A program made the position numbers and the translations under genes. This document shows, piece after piece, positions 13,691 to 26,408 of a DNA stretch of 64,000 nucleotides. This stretch comes from Lama glama (taxonomy: Eukaryota). The stretch covers positions 8,062,001 through 8,126,000 of the forward strand of contig CM052816.1 of NCBI GenBank assembly GCA_028534125.1, read 5' to 3'. The stretch's first letter is position 1, and every line of letters starts with the position of its first letter. The notes under the pieces are model-generated. The model was not told where the DNA came from and made no database searches. It saw only the letters and a program-made list of their open reading frames with translations.

Positions 13691-16600
13691 AAAGTCATTT
13701 TGTAGCCGCAGTCCCTGTTATCCTCACAAGAGCCCAAAAAGAAAGGTGGGAGGGAGAACTTGCCATCAGTACATAAACTTCCAGCACAAAGGCCACACAG
13801 AAAGCCTGGTCCTGGACCTCTGTTACCCTTCCACTTTACACCGGGGAAACTGAGGCCCAAAGTGGGGCTATGATCTGTCTTAGTCTACAGAGCCAGAGGG
13901 AGGCCGGTCTAGTCCTCTGGGGAATCACTGGCTCAGCACCCATCCAGGGAGCTCCCCCACCTTGCTGCACTTCCAGGCACCCAGACGCTCTGCAGCTAAG
14001 GAGACAAACACCAGCAGTCACCCGCAGCCACGTGTCCCGGGCTGGGCTGCTTCCAGGCTGGGTTTCCCCTCTGGGGAAAGCCCCAAGGTTGTTCTGCATG
14101 GTCAGGAGAACCAGGGAGGAAATGAGAAAAATCCTGCTACAGAGGGTCACCGAAAACAGCCAGCCCTGCGGCCTCTAGAGACCTGGCTCTGCCAGAGTGC
14201 AGGTGCGGAGGAGGGGGTTGGAGGTGCCACAGGGTGGTGGGCCTGGAATCTAGATTTGGAAAGGCATCAGCTTTGGAGTGAGGGGGGCCCAGGTTGAGTT
14301 CCAGGACTGCTACTTTAGGAGCTGTGTGATCCTGCGTCCGTGACTTCACCTGCGCTCCCTCCCCTGTTAACTGGCTAACCGTCATCTCCAGGATGGTGGG
14401 GATCTGAGTGCACACAAACTAAGCCCACAGTTAGCTCTCCCCTGAATGCCCTTCCAAGAACCGATGAGTTCTGGGGGCCCCTCATCTGCCACACTTTGCT
14501 GCCATAAAAATGCTCCCTAAATATTTTTTGAATAGACAAGTGAATGAGTGATTGTTGCCAGCCAAGAATACAGGAACATATCAGGGAATGCTTTGAACCA
14601 GTCCATCGGGAGATTTGACAGACTCCGTCACAGCTCATCGGGTAGCCTCACTTTTAAAAGCCTGTAATAATAACTAAGCTTTCTAAAGCACTCACTATGT
14701 ATCAGGCCTTGCTAAGAACCTTAGAGCTCTTAGTTCTCCCAGCAACACTCTGAGAACGTGTGACTATTATCCCCATCTTCCAGATGAGGAAACTGAGGCA
14801 CACAGAGGCTAGGTAGCCCTGAGGTCACATTGCTATTCAGCTACAGCACCTAGATGAGGACCCAGCCTTCCTGCCCGCAGAGCCCATGGTCTGCACTTGC
14901 GCATGGCCGAGGACCCTTGAGCTCTCCCCTTTCCGGGCTCCTCTGGCCAGTACTCCTGTTGGTGAGGGGGCTCCCCTTCCCAGGCTGGTTCTGCTCAGGG
15001 CTTCCCATGAGTTTTGGAGGATCCTGCAAATCAGCCTTTGGGGATGTACATGGGAGATGAAGTGGAGGCTCTACCCACTCCGAGACTGCCACCCGGGCCC
15101 TTTGTCAGAGACTAATTCTCACAGCTTTCCGGCTGCTTCCTGCCCAGAGGGAGGCAGGAAGCAAGGCCACTGGGGACCGAGGCTCCAGCTCCTTTGTTTC
15201 CCTCAGCTCATCCTCCCCTCCCTGCCCCGGCTTGTGGACCTTCCTCTTCCTTGCCCAGCGTCAGACCTTGACCTTGAGGTTCACTCCCAGGCAGACTTCC
15301 CAGTGGGAGGGCAACAACTCAGGGCTGGGAAGGCAGGGGCTGGTTCTATGTGCTGCTAAGAACTAAAGGGTGGTTTTCTCTCTGGGGGTGCAAGTAGGGG
15401 TGCAGAACTGGAGAAAACCTGCCCCATGATGGGGGAGGTGAGAGTCAGGAAGGTGCTTACAACTCACCTAGGCACATCAGTTTTCAAGGAAGCTCCACAG
15501 TGATCGCGTGGATCATCCTGACCACCTGGTTAGAGGTGTTACCCTGCTATCACCCCAATTTAACACAAGAGGAAACTGAGGCCCAGGAGGATTAAGAGAC
15601 ATGGTCATGACTGTGCAGACATTTAGGGACAGAAGCAAATGTTTACCCAAGTCTCCAGAGAGTGACTTACGTGATTATAATAACTATTATTATTATTATT
15701 GCAAATATTTCCCTAGTTCTGACTCTGCCAAGAGCTTTCCTCTGTGTGCCTCATTTAATCCTCTCAGAAGTTCTAAGAAGTAGTGATCCCCATTTTACAG
15801 ATGAGCAAACAGGCTCAGAAAAGCAGATCAGCTGCCCCAAGCCCAGCTATTTGCATCCACTAGTCAGAGTGTGGAGGCAATTTGAACCTAAGTCTGTCTG
15901 GCCCCAGGTCTCAGGTCTTACAGTCAGGACAGGGCTGCCTCCACCTGGGGTAGAAGAGTCACCTTACTTCCCAAACTGGGGCCTGGGCCGGGCCTGGCCT
16001 CCCCATCCCCTGTTTATGGTGCTGCTTCTGGCCTGGTGCTCACAGCCCCCGGGAGCCTCTCCAGCACTGGGCCCTGGGAAACGTCGGAGGCACTGCGGGA
16101 CTCTGGGGTGTGCTGGGGCCACAGCTGTGTGTGGACAGCGCACCCGGTCTAGGCCTACGTGGCCCTGTGACAGCCTCACAGATGAGTGCGCACATGCACA
16201 CAGATTCCTTTTTCCCTTCATTCATTTATGAAACACCAGCCTACCGGCCTTTGTATTTCTATGCACAGACATTTGCTCCTTTTGCTGACCTCCCCAAGCA
16301 GGGACAGCTACATAACTGATGGGGCCCAGTGCGAAATGGAAATGCAGAACCCTCCTTATTCAAAAATTAAGAATCCCAGGACAGTGACAGCAGAGCATCC
16401 AACCAGCTGCAGGGCCCGGGTGGAGCGCACAGGGGGCCTGCCCGTGTGCCCTCCTGCCCTGGCTCACCTTGGCCTCTCCCTCTCCGTCTCCCCTCCTGCC
16501 ACCTTATCCTCCTTTCACACCCTCACATGGTCCACAATCTTCTCCACCTCAGGGCTTTTGCAAAGGCTGTTCTCCCCACTGTGAGCCCCTCTTTCAGTCA

Positions 16601-18147
16601 TTCTCTCGGAACTCCTCATTATTCAGCTCTCAGCCCAAATGCCACCTCCTTGGGGAAGCCTCCCTCATCCCCCAGTCTCAAGTGGCCACCCACTTAGCTC
16701 TTCCTCATATCTGCCAGTTGTCCCTTCCTAGTGGGCATCAATCTGTGACCTCATGTGTACTTGGCAGTTTACTGTTTATTATCCATCTTCCCCAGTAGAA
16801 TGCTGCCCCCCAGGGCAGGGTCATGTCTGTCCTGAACAGCACTGTTTTGTTCACCCCTATACAGAGGCCCAATCCAGAGCTTTGCACACAATAGATGTTC
16901 AGTAACTACTGGTAAAACAGTGAATGAATGAATGAATGAATGGACACAGACACCCACCTACCCCCCTCTCCCTGCTACACTGCCTCCCACCCTCCCTCTG
17001 CACCCCAGACAAGCACAGAGATGCTCTCTGAATGTCCTTGTGCCCCAGACATCCCAACACAGAGAGCTAATGAGACCCAGAGGGGCAGGCGGATCCTGAG
17101 GCCTTGAAACAAGGACAGATGGAAGAGGTAAGGCTTGGAGAGAAAGAGAAAAAGATGGAGGGAGGGAGGAGAGGGGGCGAAGAAGGAAAAGAGGAAAGAG
17201 AAAGGAATCAGAGCCAGAAGAAGGAGAGAAAAGGTAGACAAAGAGGGAAGAACAAGCCAGGCTTGCTGATCATCCCGTTTCTCCTCTTTATTAGCGAAAC
17301 TAATAATTACTATTAATACCTGGCCCCTCCCCGGCCCTTTCATCCAGGCTGGTGGGGAAGTTCTGAAGATGAAAGTCTGGGGGCCTCTCAGATGCAGGTT
17401 CCAGGGCTTCACAACCACTAATTAAACTTGGCAGCCCCTTCCAATTACCCCCTCCCCTTCCTCCCCCGGGAGGCTGGGCCACCTGACTCAATGTCTTTCC
17501 AGGTGGGAACGCCACATGTAGCTAGCTGCAACCTGGGCCTGGCCCTCCTTCGAGGGAGGCTCGGTAGCAGCAGTTGAGGGGGGTGGGGCCGTCAGCAGAG
17601 AGACTCATGGGGGAGGGGCCAGAAAGGAACCTCACACCAGGTGGCACTGAAACCCAGGACCCCTGCCCCCAGCTGAAATTACAGCCCCATCCCAGAGGCT
17701 GCCTCCTCCAACCCCTCCCCAGGGTCTGTATCTCTGAGCCCTGCCAGATGGCAGTGGGGGAAGTGCCACCGGGAAGGAAGATCTCGGCAGACAAAGAAGC
17801 AGAGTCAGCTTGACCAGCTTCTTCACACAGGGCCACCAGAGTCCTGGTCTCTCATATCCTCAGGGCCCATTTTGTTCCACTTCCTTCAAAGGGGCCTCCC
17901 CTCTCCAGCAGTCATGACTGACGTCAGCCAGGATTCCCGCACACCTGCAGTGATGGGACCCTCACTATCTCGTTATTGAGCTGCCTGGATGGCGAGCTGT
18001 GTGAGCTTATCCAATCCCTTGACGTAAGTACTATTGAAAGGCTCCTGAAATTACCTCAGCAGCCCTGACCTTTCCAAAGCGCCACAACTGCCTGTTCCAT
18101 CTCTCTACTAGGATGTCACATGAGTGGCTTCAAAAATAACAGGGCTT

Positions 18148-19056
18148 GACCAATAGGCACATGAAAAGATGCTCGAGATCGCTAATTATCAGGGAAATGC
18201 AAATCAAAACCACAATGAGGTATTACCTCACACCAGGCAGAATGGCCATCGTTGAGAAGTCCACAAACAATAAATACGGAAGAGGCTGTGGAGAAAAGGG
18301 AACCCTCCTACACTGCTGGTGGGAAGGTAGTTTGGTGCAGCCGTTACGGAAAACAGTATGGAGATTCCTCAAAAAACTAAAAATAGACTTACCATATGAT
18401 CCAGCAATCCCACTCCTGAGCATATATCCAGAAGGAACTCTAATTCAAAAAGACACATGCACCACAATGCTCATAGAAGCACTATTCACAATAGCCAAGT
18501 CATGGAAGCAACCTAAATGTCCATCAACAGACGACTGGATAAGGAAGTTGTGGTACATTTATACAATGGAATACTATTCAGCCATAACAAAGAATAAAAT
18601 AATGCCATTTGCAGCAACATAGAGGGACTTGGAGTTTGTCATACAAAGTGAAGTAAGCCAGAAAGAGAAAGAAAAATACCATATGATACCACTCATATGT
18701 AGACTTTAACAAAAAGACAGGTGAACTTGTTTACAGAGCAGAAACAGACTCACAGACATGGAGGGCAAACTTATGGTTACCAAGGTGGAAAGGGGTAGAA
18801 AGGGATAAACTGAGAGTTTGGGATCTGCAGATACTAACTACTATATATAAAATAGATAAACAAACAAGTTTATACTGTATAGCATGGGGAACTATATTCA
18901 ATATCTTATAGTAAACTATAATGGAAAAGAATATGAAAATGAATATATGCATGTATATGTATGACTAAACTATTATGCTGCACACCAGAAATTGACACAG
19001 CATTGTAAACTGACTATACTTCAATTAAAACATAAAATAAAATAAAATAAAATAAA
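18148..19056 (+). mobile_element. 5'-truncated L1, copy 1 of a tandem pair
   Basis: ORF 18146-18622 is the L1 ORF2 C-terminus ([25 protein letters not shown]...YDPAIPLL...MEYYSAI); the copy ends in an (AAAAT)n tail. Confidence 0.95.
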
Positions 19057-19788
19057 TGCTGGAGAGGGTGTGGGGAAAAAGGAATCCACCTACACTGTTA
19101 GTGGGAATATAATTTGGTGCAGCCACTGTGAGAAACAGTATGGAAATTCCTTAAAAAACTAAAAATAGATTTACCGTATGATCCAGCAATCCCACTCTGG
19201 GCATAGATCCAGAGAAAACCCCAATTCAGAAAGGTACATGCACTCCCAATGTTCATAGCAGCACTACTTACAACAGCCAAGACAAGGAGGCAACCTAAAT
19301 GTCCATCGACAGTTGACTGGATAAAGAAGATGTAGTAAATATACACAACGGAATACTACTCAGCCAGAAAAGAATGAAATACTGCCACCTGCAGCAACAT
19401 AGATGGACCCAGAGATTATCATATAAAGTGAAGTAAGTCAGACCAAGAAAGACAAATAACATACGATGCCACTTATATGTGGAATCTAAGAAAAAGGGAC
19501 ACAGATGAACTTATTTACAAAACAGAAACAGACTCACAGACACAGAAAACCACTATGGTTACCAAAGGGGAAACGCTGGGGGAAGGATAAATTAGGATGA
19601 GCAGATACAAACCACTATATACAGAATAGGTAAACAGGAAGGTCCTACTGTAGAGCACAGGGAACTAGATTCAAATCTTGTAATAATCTATAATGAAAAA
19701 GAATATATGTGCGTATATGTAAATGCATAACTGAATCAGAAGCTAACACATCATAAATCAATTGTACTGCAATTTTTAAAAATTAAAG
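19050..19788 (+). mobile_element. 5'-truncated L1, copy 2 (diverged from copy 1)
   Basis: Begins aataaatgctggagagggtgtgg and repeats the same ORF2-end/3' UTR region with many differences; degenerate A tail at about 19775-19788. Confidence 0.9.
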
Positions 19789-19789
19789 G

Positions 19790-20615
19790 TACCAGGGCCT
19801 GAGCTTGGTTCCCATCTTCTACCCCAGTCATGACCTTCCCAGGCTCTCCCATCTTAGGAAATGGCCCCACTGCCCACTCATTGCTCAAGCCTGGAACCTG
19901 GAATCATCCTCACCCCTGCAACCAATCCATCTGAAAATCCTATCGATTCTACTTCCAAAGTATCTCTCAGATCTGGCTATTGTCCTCCACATTCACAGCT
20001 GCCACCATGCTCCAAGCCACCATCATCTCTGACCTGCACAACGATCTTCACCTGATTCTCAAAAAAAGGCCAGCGTGGACCTTGAAATACACAAATCACA
20101 GCATGGTGCACCCTGCTTAAAGCTCTTCAGCCTTCTCTCGGTATGTAGACTGTAAAATACACTCCTTGCCAGGGCACCCCAGGCCCCTGGCCTCCTGCAT
20201 GATCTCACCCCTTTCCCTTCTCCTCGCCTGTCCCCACCTCCGTGCAGTCCCTCAGCTCTTCTCCCCCTCGGCAGCTTTTCCACTAGCTGTCCCCTCTGCC
20301 CCAGTGCCATTCCTCCTGCCCTCCTCATGGCTGCACCTCCTCCCCCTCTGGTCTCTTCCTCACAGTCCTGTCCCTGCTCCCTCTGAGAGCAAGCCCACTC
20401 TGCGATCTCCTCCAACCTGCCTGTTTCCTTCTCAGCACTGCTCACAATCCGTAACGATACAGTCGTTGGCCGGTTTGTGGGTATAATGCCTGGCTGTCTC
20501 CCCAACTGGACTGTGCCTTCACGTCTATGCTACTACTGCTTTATTGCTCACCAGTGCCTAGGACAGTGCCAGGCACACCGTGGGCGCTCAACAAACGTGC
20601 TAAACGGATAAATGC
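19790..20615 (+). mobile_element. L2 remnant (continues the L2 at about 18085-18145 that the L1 pair interrupts)
   Basis: L2 motifs and the 3' end cctaggacagtgccaggcacaccgtgggcgctcaacaaacg. Confidence 0.65.
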
Positions 20616-22499
20616 CCGGGACCTGTATCCTGGTACCACCAATCTATTGGGTGCTATTCTTCTCTCTGGGGTGACTCAGAGCAGGTCGGTCCTTCACAAG
20701 CAGATGCTGCCGTGTGGCAAAGTGCTCAGGGGCCCGAATCTGCTCTAGAAGGCTTGGTGGCGATCTCTGTCCACTTACTCCACTCTGAATCAGCAGAATG
20801 ACCTTGGAAATGTCCCTAACCTTCTCCCGCCCCAGTTTCCCAGTCTGGAAAATGAGGACAGTAATCTGAGCTCCCGGGGGTGTGATGAGATAGTAGGGGA
20901 GAATGTACACCAAGGCCACTTCTCAACCACGTCCAAGGTGGATGGCCTGACTGAAGTGCAGATTTACACACACACACACCCTCACACTTACACTCCTCAA
21001 CCCACTTCTGGGCTCAGAAACTACAGAGCCTCTTGCTAACTCTGCGGCCCTCAGCACCCCAGTGTACCAGCCCCAGCCAAGGCCTGGCCTTCCCTGTGGA
21101 GCGTGGAGATCAGACGCCATCTAGCGGACAGTCGGGCGAGAGCCGGCATTCCAACCCTCCTCTCCTCTCAGGGTGGGTAAGGCAGCTCCCTGGGGCCCTG
21201 CCCTGACCGTCCCCACTCAGACTGCCCCCACTCCACACAGCTGGGCCTGGGAGCAAACAGAGGGGCTGCCCATCAAGGCCCTCAGCCTCTCCCCAACGGC
21301 ATAAAGTCCGAACCCTGAGGCCCCAGGGGCCCACCCCCAGTCTTTGAGCTGCCCTCCCTCCCTTCCTTCCCCTCCAATCACACAGAAGATCCCCACAAGA
21401 GATCCTGAGTAATCTAAGTTTTCCTTTGGCTCAAGACCTTCCCACAAGCTGTTATCTCAGCCTGAGAATCCTCCCCACCATCTTCCCCCGACCTGACTGA
21501 CCCCTACTCCCACTCTGCATCTCTAACTAAATGGCACCTGCCCAGAGGACCCTGACCAAGCTAGAGCTGCCCTCCATTGCCCCACAGGCCCCTTAACCCC
21601 CTGTTGCTAAGCCCTCTTCACACACTCCATATTTCTGGCTCCTGCTCCCCATTAGACAAAGGCATTGACAGCAATCCCTGTAATGCATGCTAAGTGCTGA
21701 GAGGGTCCAGGGGCCATACGCTCAAACTGCAGGTGATTCTGTAACAAATCAGAAGCAGGTAGGTCCCAGCCTGTGGAGGACGAAACTGAGGGTTTCCAGA
21801 AAGGATGCAGGGTGAGACTTTTGGCTGGGCCCCATCTCCAAGCCCCAGCACCCACTAGGCTGCAGTTTCCTGGTTGTGTTTCTCTGGTGAACTGACTCAC
21901 CCTCTCTGGACCACAACTTCTTCTCCCCACCCTCCCCTTATTCTCTTTTGTACAACTTCCCTCCAAAGGGAGGAGGGCATAAAGCCCATGGGAAAATTGA
22001 AGTATGAATTGTTGCTAAGAATGGGAAGTACAGGGCCTTCCAGGCTGGGCTTGAGGGACCAGGAAAAGGGTTGGGGTTCTAAAGGCCAATTCCCTGTTTT
22101 TCTTTCATCCATTCAACAGATATTTAGAAAATGCCTGGATTCGAGATTAAAAGTATTGGGACTCTGGAGTCACTGTCTGGGCTCAGATCGTGGCACCATC
22201 CCTGATGGCTGTTGACTACTTGTTTCCTTAGTTGTAAAATGTAGGGGATAAAAATTTCTGCCTCCTAGTAAGGTTACGGGGAGGATTCAATGAGATGATA
22301 TATGTAACTCGCTTGGGACAGGGTCTGGCATGTCGGGTAAGCATTCAAAGTAAGGGCTGTGTCACTACTATTATTCACAGAGCAATGACAGTGTTGTCAC
22401 TGATGTCACGCTGCCTCTCCCCTGCCACCCTACACCCAGGGCCTCCCTTCTCCAGCACTCTGGTCTCTGTGGGTCCTGGCAGCCCCTCCTCAGTCCTCT

Positions 22500-25350
22500 G
22501 TCAGACTCCTGCTCAACACCTAAAGGACTTTCGCTGCTGCCCTCGGGAATTCCAGAACACCTGCAGTGGAATCTCCTCTATCCCAGTCTTTTCTCTCAAT
22601 GAGCCCCTCATGTCTGGGGAAACCTGCTCTCGCCTGAGGAGACTGCATTCCCCTGCAAGCATCCCAGGGGCTTCTCCTTCCTCTTCCACAGCCCCTGGAC
22701 ATGAGAACAAAAGAGGGAGGGAGAGGGAGAAATACCAGGCATGTTGTCCTCCCTGCTCCTCATTTGTCTGTTTCAGGCCAATTTCATTCCCTCCCTGCTA
22801 AAGGATGCTCCTTTTGAATTTTGTCTCCACACTGCAGCACCCATGACCCCACCTTGGTGCAGACTTCTACCAGCCCCCAGGTCGCACCCTCTCATCTTTG
22901 AGGGCTTGACCCTGGACTCAATGTCACTCTCAATTGCAGTTCTTGGTTATTTCAATATTCACATAGTCGATGCCGCCATCACCCTGCCCTCTGGTCCCCT
23001 GACCTGCTCCTAATGATCTTGTCCCCCAGGTCATCTCAGCTAGTCACTCCCATGGTCTGAAACGCCTCCCCACACCACTCTTAGTCTAACACCCTCAAAT
23101 CCCTGACCACCAGCTCAAAGTATCAGCATACACCTTGACTTCAACCATGCCTTGCTCCACTGGGACCTCAAACCCGTTGCTTCGCCACCTTTATGCTGAC
23201 CGTCACCCGCTTGACGCTTTCACTACCCCACTTATCCCAGCTTCATTGCCATGCTCAGTGGTGATAATCATTCCTATGCTTTCACCCTCAAATCCCCTGC
23301 ATCCCTCTCAAGTTGTCTTCTCTGGGCAAAACCATAACCCTGGTTAAATCCAACCCTCCACCTACTCCATTCCTGCATCCATGCAGCTGAACATGGCTGG
23401 AGAAAACCTCGAGTGGATGCTGCCCAGGCATCACCCTCTATTCCCCTAGACTTCAGTGACTATTTCAAACCTTTTCCTGCCTCCAATCCTCAATATCCCT
23501 TCACCCCAGCCACACAGCTGATCGCTTCCTACCTCCCTGCTGAGAATATTCTCAAGCTCCCACTCCCATGGGCACTTACCCTCCAGTGTCTTCCTTCTCC
23601 CCTTCTGCACCAATGTACTAACCACGCTCCTCTCTAAAGCTGGTCCCTCCATCTGTGCACTCGAGGTGGTCACCTCTTTCTACTCAAGGTCATGGCTCCA
23701 TTATCAAGTTTTCCCTCTCTACTAGACCACTCCCATTGGTGTACAAATATCTGTTCTGATGCAAGCTTAAAACAGAAGAAAGAAATGAACTACTTGATCC
23801 TATGTCCTTATTCTTTGCCCTTTTGCACACTTGCACAGCAAAATTCAAACGAGGTCTATAGCTCTCTTTCTTTCTTCCTTTAATCTATCCCATTCAAGCC
23901 TTTGCACATCCCACTCACCCCCATCACACACACACAATGGAACTGCCCTTGTCAAGGTCCCCAGCGGCCTCCAAGTTGCTCCATCAGTGATCATTCTCAG
24001 CCCTCACCTTACGTGACCTCTCAGCGCAAGGACACAGCTGCCTGCTCCCTTCTCCTTGATTCCCTTTCCTCCCCTGGCTTCCTGGATGCCTCCTCTCTTG
24101 GTTTCCCTCCTGTCTTACTGTTCTCTGCGTCTTTTTCCTTGGCTCTCTCCTGCCCTTATCCCCATGCTTTGAAGCTCAGTCCTCGGATCTCTGCTCCAGC
24201 GACACTCAGCCCCTCAGTGGTCACAAGCAGCCTCGTTATTTTAAATACCATCTAGATGCTGAAGACTCCCAAACTGACCCCTCCAGCCCAGATCCTCTGC
24301 TCAATTCCAGACTCATCTATCTCCCCCAAGATATCACATCTCCACTTAGATATAGAAGAAACATCTCAAACTCAGGCCTGAGACTAACACCTAATTTTCC
24401 CCCAAAATCTGTTGCACCATTAGCCTCCCCATCCCCCCGCAGATGGCAGCTCTGTCCTTCCAGTGCTCCAGCCTGAAATGCTAGGATCATCTTTGACAGC
24501 CCTTTCTCTCATGTCTCATGTCTAATCTACCAGGAAATCCTGTTGGATCTACTTTCAAAATGTGACCAAATTTTGAGCACTTCTTTCTATCCCCAACTAA
24601 TGCCACCTTGGTCTCAGCTACCAATATCTTTTGCCTCTTTAACGGTGACCCCTGTTTCCACCTTCACCTCTCACGCCCACCCCCACTGAGAGACTATTCT
24701 CCACAGACCATCTACAGTGATCTTATTAAATCGTAAGTCAGAGTCTGTCACTCCTCTGCCCAAAATCCTCCAGTGGCTCCACTTGGAGTAAAAGCCGAAG
24801 TCCCGACACTGACCTAAAAGCCTATATTATCTGCCCCCAGCACCCATGAGTTCTCATCATTACATCTTGTCGCCCACCTGTCTCCCCTCACTCATTCCAC
24901 TCCAGTCACACTGGCCTCCTTGCCCTTCCTAGAATATGGCCATGGTGCTTCCACCTTTGGGCCTTTGCACATGCTGTTCCCACTGCCAGTAATAATCTTC
25001 CCTTAGATATTGGCATGGCTTGCTCAATCTCCTCCTTCACACCTGCTCAAATCTCTCCTCAGCAAGGCTCTCTTATCCTCTCTATTTAATTCTGCACCTG
25101 CCCCACCCCTTCCCTCAGACCCTTTATATCCTTTATCTTGCTGGACTTGTTTATCTTTCATAGTACTGATCACCTTCTAACATAATAGAAAATTTTCTTA
25201 GATATTGTTCCTGCCCTTCTTGCCAGAAGGTAAACTCCAAGATACTAGGGGTCTTTATCTGGTTCGGTCATTGATGTATCCCAAGTATCTAGAAAAGTGC
25301 CAGATACATACTAGGCGATCAGTAAGTACTTACTGAATGATTGAATCAAC
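22500..25350 (+). mobile_element. Long, internally deleted L2 LINE with an endonuclease-region remnant
   Basis: ORF 22741-23013 contains IAVLGYFNIHIVD, resembling the APE-endonuclease LGDFNIH motif. L2 3'-region motifs follow, ending gtgccagatacatactaggcgatcagtaagtacttactgaatga. Confidence 0.7.
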
Positions 25351-26149
25351 TGTGAGAGGTGATGGTAGACATATTCCCTGTGCTCACAGTATTGACAATG
25401 CGTGGGGTGGGGTGGGATGGGAGAAACAGACGAGGCAGCAGGGAGTTAAGAGCAGAAAGCAGCTCCCACCATTTCTCCAGCCTGATCTCCCTTCTCTCTT
25501 CCCTCACACGCAACACCCCAGCTGTATTGGCCATGTGTTTTTAATTCCTTGAACTCTCCAAGTACCTTCCCACCCCAGGACCTTTGCATGTACGTACTCC
25601 CTGCCCAGACCACTATACCTGCTTTGGTATAGCTAATTCCTACTCTGTTTTCAAGTCTTAGCTTAAATGACATCATTATTGTAAGAGCTTGGCACTAAGT
25701 GCCCAATACAGATATGTTTCAATATACAATTCTTTAAAATATTGTTATTATCCCATTTAACAGATAAGAAAACTAAAGCCCACAGAGCTTACAATTTTTG
25801 CCCAAGGACCCACAACTAATAACTCTTTGTCGAAATAATAAACATGTTGATTTAAAAAAATCACAGTGGAATTTGAAAGCAGTGACTTGTATGGTTTTGG
25901 GGATGAAGACTAGATGGTTTCTGGGACTTCCCTATGGAAAATGTTTCCTGGGGTGATTGTCTGGACTGCCTTCAGGCATAAGATCAAGCAGTGCTCCCTT
26001 CACCAAGCACTCCCTCACTGAGGTTTAGAGGTCTGTTTAATACAGCTCTTATCCAAAGCAGGAAATCACTCCACAATACTCCAGTCTCTGCTAACATACC
26101 TCCTCTACTGGGGAACTCACTACTCAGGAACGAAAAAGTTCCTCTTTCA

Positions 26150-26392
26150 AAGAATATAAATAGACCATTCTCAGAAGAGATGCAAATGCTCCAAAAAAAA
26201 ATCCATAAAGAGTTGTCTGACCTTACTAATCATGGGGAAAATACAATACAGCAAGGAATATATTTATTTACTCAGTGCAGCAAAAGTAGAAATTACCACC
26301 TTCCTGGGAGGCAGTTTAGCAACAAATATCAAAACTTAAAATACATATTCCTTTTGATATCTGGCAATTAACCCTGGAGGAAAGAACAGTAT
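26150..26392 (+). mobile_element. Old L1 (L1ME-like) fragment, left part; continues at about 29448-29560
   Basis: Degenerate ORF2-end sequence (aagaatataaatagaccattctcagaaga...gcagtttagcaacaaatatcaaaacttaaaatacatattcctttg) resumes right after the retrocopy (cctacatgttcaacaacagagaactggttaaac). Confidence 0.6.
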
Positions 26393-26408
26393 AAGTGTGT
26401 TCTTGATA

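Noticed and set aside
12632..13776. 243-aa, 182-aa and 188-aa ORFs
   Set aside because: They run through MIR and SINE sequence, with no domain similarity or exon structure.
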